Below, piece after piece: positions 44,381 through 53,294 of a stretch of DNA of 64,000 nucleotides. The DNA is from an uncultured Candidatus Saccharibacteria bacterium. Lineage in GTDB: Bacteria > Patescibacteriota > UBA1384 > XYA2-FULL-43-10 > 1-14-0-10-43-13. The notes under the pieces were generated by a model. It saw only the letters and a program-made list of their open reading frames with translations. It was not told the origin of the DNA and searched no databases. The DNA lies in contig CAYOQP010000004.1 of assembly GCA_964406145.1 (NCBI GenBank), positions 1,924-65,923 on the forward strand. The letters run 5' to 3'. A program made the position numbers and the translations under genes. Position 1 is the first letter of the stretch. Every line of letters starts with the position of its first letter.

Positions 44381-44878
44381 ATGGAATTAGTTAGCGTAAA
44401 ATCAAAAACTCGAAAAAGAATTGGCCGTGGCTTATCAGCCGGTCAAGGTAAGACTGCTGGAAGAGGCACTAAAGGTCAGAAATCACGCAGTGGTTTTAAT
44501 ATTCCTAAAAAGTTCGAAGGTGGTCAGACCCCGCTCTCAATGAGATTGCCAGTACTTCCTGGATTTAAATCCCGTAAGGCTAAGGCCAATATTATAACTT
44601 TGAACGAAATTTCAAAGAATTTTAAAAACAATGAGACCGTCTCCTTGGATACTTTATTGGCCAAGAAGATGATCAACAAAGGCGACAAGGTCAAAATTCT
44701 TAATGATGGTCAGTTGAGTGTTGAAGTTAAATTTGCAGACGATGTTAATATCTCTAAATCGGTTAGAGAACTCTCAGTAAAAGTCGCAAAGCCGGCCGAG
44801 AAGCAAGAAGACAAGACAAAAGCTGTTGCTGAACCAAAAGTTAAAAAAGCACCAGCAAAAAAGACAACCAAGAAATAG
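44381..44878 (+). CDS. rplO: 50S ribosomal protein L15 (no rpmD/L30 gene precedes it)
   Basis: [24 protein letters not shown]. Only 10 nt separate rpsE from rplO. Confidence 0.93.
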   Translation: MELVSVKSKTRKRIGRGLSAGQGKTAGRGTKGQKSRSGFNIPKKFEGGQTPLSMRLPVLPGFKSRKAKANIITLNEISKNFKNNETVSLDTLLAKKMINKGDKVKILNDGQLSVEVKFADDVNISKSVRELSVKVAKPAEKQEDKTKAVAEPKVKKAPAKKTTKK

Positions 44879-44904
44879 AATAAATCATATTTGTTCTTGT
44901 AGAA

Positions 44905-44927
44905 AGCCTCTTTCTGGGGGCTTTTTA
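44905..44927 (+). terminator. weak Rho-independent terminator between rplO and secY
   Basis: AGCCTC-tttct-GGGGGCT stem with one G-U pair, followed by TTTTT. Confidence 0.4.
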
Positions 44928-44956
44928 CGTTATATTAAATTAATATTGAAAACGCG

Positions 44957-44985
44957 TTGATTTCTCGATGCAATTGAGCTATATT
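44957..44985 (+). promoter_or_regulatory. candidate sigma70 promoter for secY (TTGATT-17-TATATT)
   Basis: Hexamers with a 17-nt spacer, 6 nt upstream of the secY ATG region. Confidence 0.4.
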
Positions 44986-44991
44986 TGACAT

Positions 44992-46263
44992 ATGGACAAG
45001 CTTCTAAAAATTTGGGAATACAAAGATTTGCGAAACAAAATTCTAGTTGCTTTGTCGATTCTGATTTTGACTAGAGTTTTAGCCCATGTTCCACTGCCTG
45101 GAGTTGACCTTGCTCGGCTTCAAACTTTTTTTTCTGAAAACCAAGTTTTTGGATTCTTGAATATGTTTTCTGGCGGAACCATGAGCAATTTCTCGATCAT
45201 TCTAATGGGAGTTGGTCCCTACATTACTTCTTCAATTGTTTTCCAATTACTTACTATGATATTCCCAGCACTTGAGCAAATGCAGAAAGAGGGCGAAGCT
45301 GGTCGCCAGAAGATTACTCAATATACCAGAATGGCAACAATTCCCTTTGCAATGATTCAGGCCTATGCCATGCTGGTACTCTTGAGAAATCAAGGCATTA
45401 TTCCTTCTTGGACGCCTTTTGACCTTACCATGATGCTTATATCTGTTACGGCTGGCACAATGCTCCTGATGTGGCTGGGCGAAATTATTTCAGAGAAGGG
45501 GATTGGTAACGGCATGTCTCTTATTATTGGTCTGGGTATTATTTCTGGTTATCCTTCACAGATCAGAAATACTGCGCTTATACTTCAATCTGGTGATACC
45601 GGAAAGATAATCGGAGCGATAGCTTTTGGGGCAATATTTATTTTGGCAACGGCGGCTATTATATACATTCAGGAAGGCCAAAGGAATGTTCCTGTTACTT
45701 ATGCTAGAAAAATGCGCTTGGGACAAACCACCGGGTATTCAAGTCATTTGCCGATTAGAGTTAATATTGCCGGAGTTATACCAATTATATTTGCCATGAG
45801 CATACTAGTGATTCCTGGAGTTTTAGCTAAATATCTAGAGAATGCTAGAACGCCTTGGATCGCAAATGATGCCAGAATGATTGGAGAGTTTTTTAACAAT
45901 TCCACATATTATGCAATCATTTATTTTGTCTTAGTAATTGTTTTCACCTATTTTTATACCAGTATTGTATTTAAACCATCTCAGATAGCTGAAAATTTAC
46001 AAAAACAGAGTGGATTTATTCCTGGTGTTAGACCTGGGACAGAGACAAAAGATTATCTTAAAAATATTGTGACAAGGATTACCCTTGTCGGGGCAGTTTT
46101 TTTGGGCTTAATTGCTGTTTTGCCATTCATAGTTCAATCTGCCACAGACATAAACACCTTCACTTTAGGAGGAACGGGAATTCTTATTCTGGTCTCAGTT
46201 GTTATTGAAACAATGCGTCAAATTCAATCACAGATTGTTATGCATACTTATGAACGCTATTAA
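44992..46263 (+). CDS. secY: preprotein translocase subunit SecY
   Basis: Ten TM helices and SecY signature segments (GIGNGMSLIIGLGIIS). 423 aa. Confidence 0.95.
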   Translation: MDKLLKIWEYKDLRNKILVALSILILTRVLAHVPLPGVDLARLQTFFSENQVFGFLNMFSGGTMSNFSIILMGVGPYITSSIVFQLLTMIFPALEQMQKEGEAGRQKITQYTRMATIPFAMIQAYAMLVLLRNQGIIPSWTPFDLTMMLISVTAGTMLLMWLGEIISEKGIGNGMSLIIGLGIISGYPSQIRNTALILQSGDTGKIIGAIAFGAIFILATAAIIYIQEGQRNVPVTYARKMRLGQTTGYSSHLPIRVNIAGVIPIIFAMSILVIPGVLAKYLENARTPWIANDARMIGEFFNNSTYYAIIYFVLVIVFTYFYTSIVFKPSQIAENLQKQSGFIPGVRPGTETKDYLKNIVTRITLVGAVFLGLIAVLPFIVQSATDINTFTLGGTGILILVSVVIETMRQIQSQIVMHTYERY

Positions 46264-46266
46264 AGG

Positions 46267-46911
46267 ATGTCATCTAATAAACAAACAATTTATTCGTTTA
46301 TCGGTTTACCAGCTTCTGGAAAGGGCACTCAGGCCTCGATATTAGCCGAAAAAGAAGGCATAAAGGTCATCGGTATGGGAGATTTGATTAGATCTGCCAT
46401 TAACGGTGATGTTAATGATCCATTTGTTGCTGAGATTAAAAACCGATACGATAAGGGCATCCCACAGCCAGATAGCGTTGCGATTGACCTAGTCAAGAAA
46501 TATCTTGGCTCTGTTGATAGAGGCATTATTTTTGATAATTTTCCTTTTACCGCGGCCCAAGCTACTTTCCTGGAGGAATTTATTAAGGACAATAGCGAAT
46601 GGGATCACAAAGTTATTTATATTAATCTTGATCCAGAGACGGCCATCAAAAGAGTAATTTCTCGAAAAATATGTTCAGAGTGCGGCACAATATATGGTGC
46701 TACAGATGATATGATCTGCGAAAAATGCGGCGGCTCATTAATTGTGCGTGCTGATGATAACGAAGAAACCGTTAGGACCAGAATTGGACACTATATGCCA
46801 AAAATAAGAGAAGTTATCGATTTTTATGCCGATAAAAATATTCCGATTATCGAAGTTGATGGCGAGAAGTCAATTGAGGATGTCACTAAAGAAATCTCAA
46901 GCAAATTATGA
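46267..46911 (+). CDS. adk: adenylate kinase (zinc-lid form)
   Basis: P-loop GLPASGKGTQA. LID CxxC...CxxC (CSECGTIY...CEKCGGSL). Ends in TGA, overlapping the map ATG (ATGA). Confidence 0.93.
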   Translation: MSSNKQTIYSFIGLPASGKGTQASILAEKEGIKVIGMGDLIRSAINGDVNDPFVAEIKNRYDKGIPQPDSVAIDLVKKYLGSVDRGIIFDNFPFTAAQATFLEEFIKDNSEWDHKVIYINLDPETAIKRVISRKICSECGTIYGATDDMICEKCGGSLIVRADDNEETVRTRIGHYMPKIREVIDFYADKNIPIIEVDGEKSIEDVTKEISSKL

Positions 46912-47666
46912 ATATTTTAGATAAAGAGCAGATTAAATTGATCAAAATCTGCGGTCACAAACTCGCCAAAACACTTTCGGCTGTTGTTCTGAAGGTCGTT
47001 CCTGGTGCTGATCTTGGCGAGCTTGATGCTTTGGCATATAATCTCCTGATTAAGGAGGGCTGTAAACCATCATTTAAGGATTATCATGTCGAGGGTATTG
47101 GAGACTATCCAACAACTCTTTGCGTTTCTGTAAATGACGAAATTGTACATGGAATCCCGGTCTCGGGACAAAAAATAAAGTCAGGTGATGTTGTTTCTAT
47201 AGATATTGGAGCTGAATATGAGGGGATCTATACAGATATGGCAACAACGGTTGCTGTTGGTAAGATTAGTAATGATGCAAAACATCTTATTTCTGGAACT
47301 AAGAAATCCCTTGAAATTGGGATAAAACATGCTCTGGCCGGTAAGCATATTGGCGACATAGGTGCAAATATTGAAGATTTTGCTAAATCCAATGATTTCG
47401 GCATTATTAGAGATTACGTTGGACACGGTATCGGCACCAAACCACATTTACCGCCGCAGATACCCAACTTTGGTCTTGCTGGAAGTGGCGCAGAGATTGT
47501 AGAGGGAATGGCCTTGGCGATTGAGCCAATGCTGACTCTCGGTGGCGAGAAAACAGTTGTCGCAGAAGACGGTTGGACTGTTAAGACACAGGACGGTTCA
47601 TTGGCTGCTCACTTTGAGCACACTGTTGTTATAGAAAATAGTAAACCGACAATAGTAACATTGTAG
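46908..47666 (+). CDS. map: methionine aminopeptidase type I
   Basis: Metal-ligand blocks D..D..H..E..E (VSIDIGAEYEGIYTDMATT, HGIGT, EPM). Confidence 0.93.
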   Translation: MNILDKEQIKLIKICGHKLAKTLSAVVLKVVPGADLGELDALAYNLLIKEGCKPSFKDYHVEGIGDYPTTLCVSVNDEIVHGIPVSGQKIKSGDVVSIDIGAEYEGIYTDMATTVAVGKISNDAKHLISGTKKSLEIGIKHALAGKHIGDIGANIEDFAKSNDFGIIRDYVGHGIGTKPHLPPQIPNFGLAGSGAEIVEGMALAIEPMLTLGGEKTVVAEDGWTVKTQDGSLAAHFEHTVVIENSKPTIVTL

Positions 47667-47740
47667 TTATTGCCCAGGCAATTTTTATCCTTTAGAGTGT
47701 TGACTTGAGCCAATAATTGTGTTAAATTCATTAGAGTAGT

Positions 47741-47986
47741 ATGACAAAAAACGACAGTATTGAGATCACTGGAAAAGTTGTTGAGGTCTTGCCCGATTCA
47801 AAATATCGAGTAGAGCTCGAGAGCGGCCACTTAGTTCTTGGCTATTTATCCGGTAGAATGAAACAAAACAGAATCCAAGTAATAATTGGTGATTCGGTTT
47901 TGGTTGAGTTAACACCATATGATCTTACTCGTGGACGTGTCGTGCGAAGACTAAATACTTCTGGGTATATTCCTAAAAAAAGATAG
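47741..47986 (+). CDS. infA: translation initiation factor IF-1
   Basis: S1-like block IEITGKVVEVLPDSKYRVELESGHLVLGYLSGRMKQNRIQVIIGD. Confidence 0.93.
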   Translation: MTKNDSIEITGKVVEVLPDSKYRVELESGHLVLGYLSGRMKQNRIQVIIGDSVLVELTPYDLTRGRVVRRLNTSGYIPKKR

Positions 47987-48034
47987 ACCAGAAATTTAAG
48001 GGGTAAATTTTATTTTTGATTTAGACATGAAAAA

Positions 48035-48181
48035 ATGAAAGTTCAAGCATCAGCAAAAAAAATGTGCAACAAGTGCAAGATTGTAATCCGCAGCAAGAAG
48101 GGTAAAGCCTCTCGAGCAGGAGTAAAAAAGCGGGTTTTTGTTATTTGTGAGAATCCTAAACACAAACAGAGACAAGGATAA
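48035..48181 (+). CDS. rpmJ: 50S ribosomal protein L36 (long form, 48 aa)
   Basis: Hand translation gives [48 protein letters not shown], with the L36 C-x2-C...C...H zinc motif. It is absent from the ORF track (<60 aa). The stop TAA at 48179-48181 abuts the rpsM ATG at 48183. Confidence 0.85.
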   Translation: MKVQASAKKMCNKCKIVIRSKKGKASRAGVKKRVFVICENPKHKQRQG

Positions 48182-48182
48182 A

Positions 48183-48566
48183 ATGGCCAGAATTGCAGGA
48201 ATTAATTTACCAAATGAAAAAAGATTAGAGATTGCCCTAACATACCTTTTTGGTATCGGTCTTTCACTTAGCCAAAAAATATTGACTGAGTTAAAAATTG
48301 ATCCCAATATTCGAGTTAAAGATCTCGACGAAAATGATTTAGAAAAGATTAGACAATATATCGGTAAAAGATATCGCGTTGAGGGCGATCTTAGAACTGA
48401 GATTTCTCAAAATATCAAAAGATTGAAAGAAACCGGTAGCTATCGAGGTTCTCGTCACAGTCACAATTTGCCTGCTCGCGGACAACGTACCAAAACAAAT
48501 GCCAGAACAAAAAGAGGTAAAAAGGTTACTGTTGGTTCAGGCAGAAAAACAATTGAGAAGAAATAA
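48183..48566 (+). CDS. rpsM: 30S ribosomal protein S13
   Basis: [10 protein letters not shown] start, taken in preference to the ORF-track TTG at 48138. Confidence 0.93.
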   Translation: MARIAGINLPNEKRLEIALTYLFGIGLSLSQKILTELKIDPNIRVKDLDENDLEKIRQYIGKRYRVEGDLRTEISQNIKRLKETGSYRGSRHSHNLPARGQRTKTNARTKRGKKVTVGSGRKTIEKK

Positions 48567-48577
48567 TACATAAATCT

Positions 48578-48985
48578 ATGGCCAAAAGCGCAACAACCAA
48601 AACCGACAAGAAGATATTGAAAAAAAGAGCTAAGTCTCCAGTGCATGCTGGTAGTATTTATATTCAATCAACTTTCAATAACACTTTAATCACTATTACT
48701 GACGAAAAAGGCGGTGTTATCGCTTCATCTTCGGCTGGAGCACTTGGATTCAAGGGTGCTAAAAAGTCTACTCCATATGCCGCTCAATTGGCTGTCGCAG
48801 CTGCTGTTGAAAAAGCCAAGACTAGAGGTTTTTCTAAGGCTAATATTTTTGTTTCCGGCGTTGGTTCTGGTCGTGATGCTGCCGTTAGAGCGCTTGTTAA
48901 TACAAACATCGAAGCCGGAACAATTAAGGATATCACTCCTATCGCACACAATGGTTGTCGAGCTAAGAAGCCAAGACGAGTATAA
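48578..48985 (+). CDS. rpsK: 30S ribosomal protein S11
   Basis: IYIQSTFNNTLITITDEKGGV...TPIAHNGCRAKKPRRV. Confidence 0.95.
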   Translation: MAKSATTKTDKKILKKRAKSPVHAGSIYIQSTFNNTLITITDEKGGVIASSSAGALGFKGAKKSTPYAAQLAVAAAVEKAKTRGFSKANIFVSGVGSGRDAAVRALVNTNIEAGTIKDITPIAHNGCRAKKPRRV

Positions 48986-49006
48986 TAATAATCCCACATA
49001 AATCAT

Positions 49007-49600
49007 ATGATCAAAGCATGTAAAAAATGTAGAAGAGAAGGCGAAAAACTCCTAATCAAGGGAGATCGTTGCTTGAGTCCTAAATGTGCTCTTACTAAGA
49101 GAGCTTATGCTCCTGGCGACCACGGACAGGGCTTTCATGGTAAAGTCAGCGAATTTGGACGACAGTTGCGAGAGAAACAAAAAGCTCGTCGAATTTATGG
49201 AATCAGCGAAAGTCAATTTTCTAAATATGTTGAAAAATCTGACAAGATCATTGGTAACAAGTCTGAAAATCTGATGAGATTCTTAGAGACTAGAATTGAT
49301 AATGTTGTTTACAGACTTGGTTTTGCCTCTTCAAGATCTCTGGCCAGACAAATGGTTTCTCACGGTCTTTTCAACGTTAATGGCCGCAAGGTTGGAACTG
49401 CGTCGTTAATAGTTAAAGCTTCAGATGTAATTTCGCCAAGAAAAAAAGAGATGTTTAAGGAAGTTACATTAAACTCTTCTGTCACCTGGCTAGAAGCCGA
49501 TTCGAAGAAGCTAGAGGGCACCATTAAACACCTTCCTGTCCGAGACGAAATTGATACACCTATCAACGAGAGCTTAATCATTGAATTTTATTCTAGATAA
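49007..49600 (+). CDS. rpsD: 30S ribosomal protein S4 (N-terminal C4 zinc finger)
   Basis: CKKCRREGEKLLIKGDRCLSPKC and the S4 RNA-binding domain. Confidence 0.93.
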   Translation: MIKACKKCRREGEKLLIKGDRCLSPKCALTKRAYAPGDHGQGFHGKVSEFGRQLREKQKARRIYGISESQFSKYVEKSDKIIGNKSENLMRFLETRIDNVVYRLGFASSRSLARQMVSHGLFNVNGRKVGTASLIVKASDVISPRKKEMFKEVTLNSSVTWLEADSKKLEGTIKHLPVRDEIDTPINESLIIEFYSR

Positions 49601-49615
49601 TTTTAAGGAGTTCTA

Positions 49616-50551
49616 ATGGAAAAAATCAATCTACCGAAAATTACCGAAGAAAAAATAGCTGATTCTCACTCAAGATTTATTATTGAGCCGCTATTTCCTG
49701 GCTACGGAACGACTATCGGAAACTCGCTTCGTCGAGTTCTGCTTTCGTCCATTACTGGTGCAGCTGTCACCTCGTTTAAGATCGATGGCGCAAGTCATGA
49801 GTTCACTGCTATTCCTCACGTCAAAGAAGACATGATTGAGATCATGATGAATTTGAAATCAGTTTATTTCAAATCCTTCTCCGATGAGCCAGTTGTTCTT
49901 GAAATATCAAAAAAAGGACCAGCTGAAGTAACTGCCAAGGATATTAAGGCAAATAGCAGCATTGAAATTGCAAATCCAGATGCTCATATTGTCACACTCG
50001 ACAAAAGCGCTGATTTTTATATGGAAATTACTGTCGAAAAAGGACGAGGTTTTAGAACTGTCGTCGCTGGTGGTGGTGAAAAGGCTGAGATCGGTCGCAT
50101 TGCTGTCGATACTCTTTTTTCACCAGTCGAAAGGGTTTCTCTTCAAGTAGAAGATACTCGTGTCGGACAGATGACAAATTATGACAAATTAATACTTGAA
50201 GTCGTCACCAATGGCACTATTTTGCCTGCTGATGCCATCAAAGAAGCGTCATCTGTTTTGGTTGAACACTACAACGCAATTATTTCTGGCGAAGTCGAAG
50301 ATGAAGTTATTGAGGAAAAATCTGATACAGATATCGATCCTTTTGACGAGACAGCAGATGATGAATCTGGATCGGTTGATAATAAAACAAAGATTGAAGA
50401 GCTTAATTTTTCGCCAAGAACAGTCAATGCTCTCTTGAATGCTGGTATTAAGACTGTTGGTGGGCTCAAAAGACTTTCAGATCTTAAGTTAGAAGAGATC
50501 AAGGGTCTTGGCAAAAAAGGTATTGAGGAAATCAAAGTAGCGATAGGATAG
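49616..50551 (+). CDS. rpoA: DNA-directed RNA polymerase subunit alpha
   Basis: Alpha NTD FIIEPLFPGYGTTIGNSLRRVLLSS and the CTD helix-hairpin-helix. Confidence 0.95.
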   Translation: MEKINLPKITEEKIADSHSRFIIEPLFPGYGTTIGNSLRRVLLSSITGAAVTSFKIDGASHEFTAIPHVKEDMIEIMMNLKSVYFKSFSDEPVVLEISKKGPAEVTAKDIKANSSIEIANPDAHIVTLDKSADFYMEITVEKGRGFRTVVAGGGEKAEIGRIAVDTLFSPVERVSLQVEDTRVGQMTNYDKLILEVVTNGTILPADAIKEASSVLVEHYNAIISGEVEDEVIEEKSDTDIDPFDETADDESGSVDNKTKIEELNFSPRTVNALLNAGIKTVGGLKRLSDLKLEEIKGLGKKGIEEIKVAIG

Positions 50552-50555
50552 ATCA

Positions 50556-50999
50556 ATGAGAAGAATTTACGGCAAAAATAAAAATAGCGAAGAGCACGCC
50601 ATTAGAAATATGGTTACATCTTTGGTTTTGTACGAGAAAATAGATACAACAAAGCCAAAAGCAAAGATGCTCAAAAGCTATATTGACAAGATTATTTCTC
50701 GATCAAAAAAAGCAGATTTAGCTGCAATCAGGAATCTTCACAAAATATTTTTTGATGACAATGCTGTTAAAAAAGTCATTGAAGTTCTGGTCCCTAGATA
50801 TAAGGATAGGACGAGTGGATTTACCAGAACTTATAATCTTAAAAACAGACTTGGCGATAATGCTGAAATGATGAGAGTTGAGCTTATTGATAAAAAAGTT
50901 TTTATTTCTGACGAAAAAGAAACTGCTCCTGTCAAAAAGGCTGAAACCAAAAAAACAGAAAAAACAGAAAAAAAGGTAGCCAAAAATGCAAAAAAATAA
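50556..50999 (+). CDS. rplQ: 50S ribosomal protein L17 (K-rich C-terminal tail)
   Basis: RNMVTSLVLYEKIDTTKPKAK. Confidence 0.9.
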   Translation: MRRIYGKNKNSEEHAIRNMVTSLVLYEKIDTTKPKAKMLKSYIDKIISRSKKADLAAIRNLHKIFFDDNAVKKVIEVLVPRYKDRTSGFTRTYNLKNRLGDNAEMMRVELIDKKVFISDEKETAPVKKAETKKTEKTEKKVAKNAKK

Positions 51000-51399
51000 C
51001 GAAAACAGAGATTGGTATTTAATAGACGTCAAAGGCGAAACATTGGGCAGAATTTCAACCAAGATTGCCGACTTACTTCGAGGTAAGGGCAAAGTTGATT
51101 TTACACCAAATGGAGATTGTGGTGACTATGTTGTTGCTATCAATGCTGACAAGGTTGTATTAACCGGACACAAAGAAGAGCAGAAGAGATATTATCGACA
51201 TTCTGGCTATCTTGGCAATCTCAAAACCATGACGGTCGCCGATCTTAAAAAAGACAACCCAACAGAAATACTAAGGCACTCTGTGGCCGGCATGTTGCCC
51301 CTTAACAAGCTCAGAGACGGTTTCATGGGTAGATTTAAGATGTATACCGGATCAGAACATCCTCATGCAAATATTAAGTTTAAGAATCAAGGCAAATAA
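50986..51399 (+). CDS. rplM: 50S ribosomal protein L13
   Basis: WYLIDVKGETLGRISTKIADLLRGKGK. Overlaps rplQ by 14 nt. Confidence 0.93.
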   Translation: MQKNNENRDWYLIDVKGETLGRISTKIADLLRGKGKVDFTPNGDCGDYVVAINADKVVLTGHKEEQKRYYRHSGYLGNLKTMTVADLKKDNPTEILRHSVAGMLPLNKLRDGFMGRFKMYTGSEHPHANIKFKNQGK

Positions 51400-51785
51400 T
51401 GTCTCCAAAAAACACAAACAATGATTACTGGATAGGAATTGGTAGAAGGAAAACTGCTGTTGCTTCGGTCAAACTTACTCAGAAAGACAAAGCCACTATT
51501 TTAAATGGTAATAAATCTGATTTTCCAGCAGAAGTTGATACGCCTTTTGAACTCGTCGGGATGAAAGGTGAGTTTGGAATTGCCGCAAAAGTTAACGGTG
51601 GCGGAAAAGTTAGTCAAATTGACGCAATCAAATTGGGCATTGCTCGAGCACTCGAGAAATTTAATCCTGATTTTAGAACAAGCTTGAAGAAGGCAGGATT
51701 ACTTACTCGTGACCCAAGAGAAAAAGAAAGAAAGAAACCAGGTCTAAGAGGCGCAAGAAGAGCGCCACAATGGGCCAAGAGATAA
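51399..51785 (+). CDS. rpsI: 30S ribosomal protein S9
   Basis: GRRKTAVASVKL...GGGKVSQIDAIKLGIARAL...RRAPQWAKR. Confidence 0.93.
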   Translation: MSPKNTNNDYWIGIGRRKTAVASVKLTQKDKATILNGNKSDFPAEVDTPFELVGMKGEFGIAAKVNGGGKVSQIDAIKLGIARALEKFNPDFRTSLKKAGLLTRDPREKERKKPGLRGARRAPQWAKR

Positions 51786-51797
51786 GATCGAAAAAAA

Positions 51798-51825
51798 CCT
51801 GCCACAATTATTGGCAGGTTTTTTG
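51798..51825 (+). terminator. Rho-independent terminator ending the ribosomal super-operon
   Basis: CCTGCCA-caattat-TGGCAGG followed by TTTTTTG. Confidence 0.85.
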
Positions 51826-51870
51826 TAATAAGTGGTAATTCCTTCATAAATTTGATAAAATAAAGATGAA

Positions 51871-52209
51871 ATGCCAACAAATAGAATGCAAAAATTTGAT
51901 GAATTGATTACGCGTGAACTTTCAACTGAGCTTCAGCAGCGTTTTCCTGATAAAATTTTTTCGTTAACTCAGGTTCATGTTTCGAAGGATTTATCTTTTG
52001 CAAAAGTTTGGGTGAGCTCTATTAATGAAGCCGAGAAATTGGTGGTTTATTTTCAGAATTGCGCCAAAGAGCTACGCTCTGCTCTGGCGAAGAAGATAGT
52101 GGCTCGCAGGGTTCCTAGTTTTTATTTTGTTGTCGACTCAACAGAGGAGAAGGCTCAGAAAATAGAAAATCTTATTTCATCAATTAAGATTGATAAGAGT
52201 AACAAATGA
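51871..52209 (+). CDS. rbfA: ribosome-binding factor A
   Basis: LTQVHVSKDLSFAKVWVS and RRVPSFYFVVD parallel the RbfA blocks VTxVEVSRDLxYAKVYV / RxVPELxFxYD. Confidence 0.75.
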   Translation: MPTNRMQKFDELITRELSTELQQRFPDKIFSLTQVHVSKDLSFAKVWVSSINEAEKLVVYFQNCAKELRSALAKKIVARRVPSFYFVVDSTEEKAQKIENLISSIKIDKSNK

Positions 52210-52595
52210 CACTTCTGCGTAATTTATTTTTTTTGTTATCCATTACTATTTTCGCTTTAGCATCAACGATTTTGGCTATATTTAACTATAATCCATATGA
52301 AGCCACTCCTTTGGCCATGGCAAATTTTTATGCCTCTTTTCTTGTCTCCATAGCCGGAGTTTTGTCCATCATCCTTTATTATTTTAAAATCAAGTTATCT
52401 AAGAATGAGACAATCTTTGGTTTTTTATGGCCATCTATTAGACAGGCAACTTTTATTGCAATTGCATTAACAACTCTCCTATACCTAAGGGGCCTGGGAA
52501 TTCTTGACTGGCTGACAGGCACTTCGGTTATCGTAGTCTCTATCCTATTGGAACTATTTTTTGAATCGAAGAAAAATAATATAAAGGCAAATTAG
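52206..52595 (+). CDS. hypothetical membrane protein (4 TM)
   Basis: Hydrophobic ORF overlapping the rbfA stop. No recognisable motif. Confidence 0.4.
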   Translation: MTLLRNLFFLLSITIFALASTILAIFNYNPYEATPLAMANFYASFLVSIAGVLSIILYYFKIKLSKNETIFGFLWPSIRQATFIAIALTTLLYLRGLGILDWLTGTSVIVVSILLELFFESKKNNIKAN

Positions 52596-52596
52596 C

Positions 52597-53277
52597 ATGA
52601 TAAAAGGTAATTTACATCCACTAAGCCAGTTCCTGCGAGAAGCAATATCGGTTTTTGAATCACTCGGTTTTGATGTTTATGAAGGACCAGAAGTTGAGAC
52701 ATCTTGGTATAATTTTGATTCATTAAATTTCCCGCCCGAGCATCCAGCCAGAGAAATGCAAGATACTTTTTGGCTTAAGGACAAAAGATTATTAAGGACT
52801 CATACCTCTAACGGTCAAGTCAGATATGGCGAGAGTCACAAACCACCAATCAAAGCAGTTTTTCCAGGTCAAGTTTTTAGAAATGAAGCGACTGATGCTA
52901 AGCATGAAACAACGTTCGTTCAGCTTGAGGGGCTTTACATTGATAAGGGCGTTAAAGTCGGACACCTTATTTCTACTCTAGAATCATTTTTTAGAAAGAT
53001 TTACGGTGACTCTACGAAAATTAGATTAAAACCAAGCTTCTTCCCATTTGTCGAGCCAGGATTTGAGGTAGATGTTAAACATAACGGTAAATGGTTTGAG
53101 CTTTTGGGCGCCGGCATGGTTCATCCGAATGTCATAAAAAATATGAAACTAGATCCAGAAGTTTATTCTGGGTTTGCGTTTGGGATGGGCATAGATAGAC
53201 TTGTCATACTTAAATATGGTATTGACGATATCCGCTTGTTTCGCTCTGGTGATTTAAGATTTTTAAAACAATTTTAA
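52597..53277 (+). CDS. pheS: phenylalanine--tRNA ligase alpha subunit (catalytic core only, 226 aa)
   Basis: Class II motifs FPPEHPAREMQDTFW, RTHTS, FRNEATDAKHETTFVQLEG, GFAFGMGIDRL. Confidence 0.9.
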   Translation: MIKGNLHPLSQFLREAISVFESLGFDVYEGPEVETSWYNFDSLNFPPEHPAREMQDTFWLKDKRLLRTHTSNGQVRYGESHKPPIKAVFPGQVFRNEATDAKHETTFVQLEGLYIDKGVKVGHLISTLESFFRKIYGDSTKIRLKPSFFPFVEPGFEVDVKHNGKWFELLGAGMVHPNVIKNMKLDPEVYSGFAFGMGIDRLVILKYGIDDIRLFRSGDLRFLKQF

Positions 53278-53294
53278 AAGTAAAAAATAATATT

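Noticed and set aside
48050-48307. 85-aa minus-strand ORF spanning rpmJ/rpsM
   Set aside because: It overlaps two clear ribosomal protein genes on the plus strand. The plus-strand L36 (48035-48181), missing from the ORF track because it is <60 aa, explains the region.
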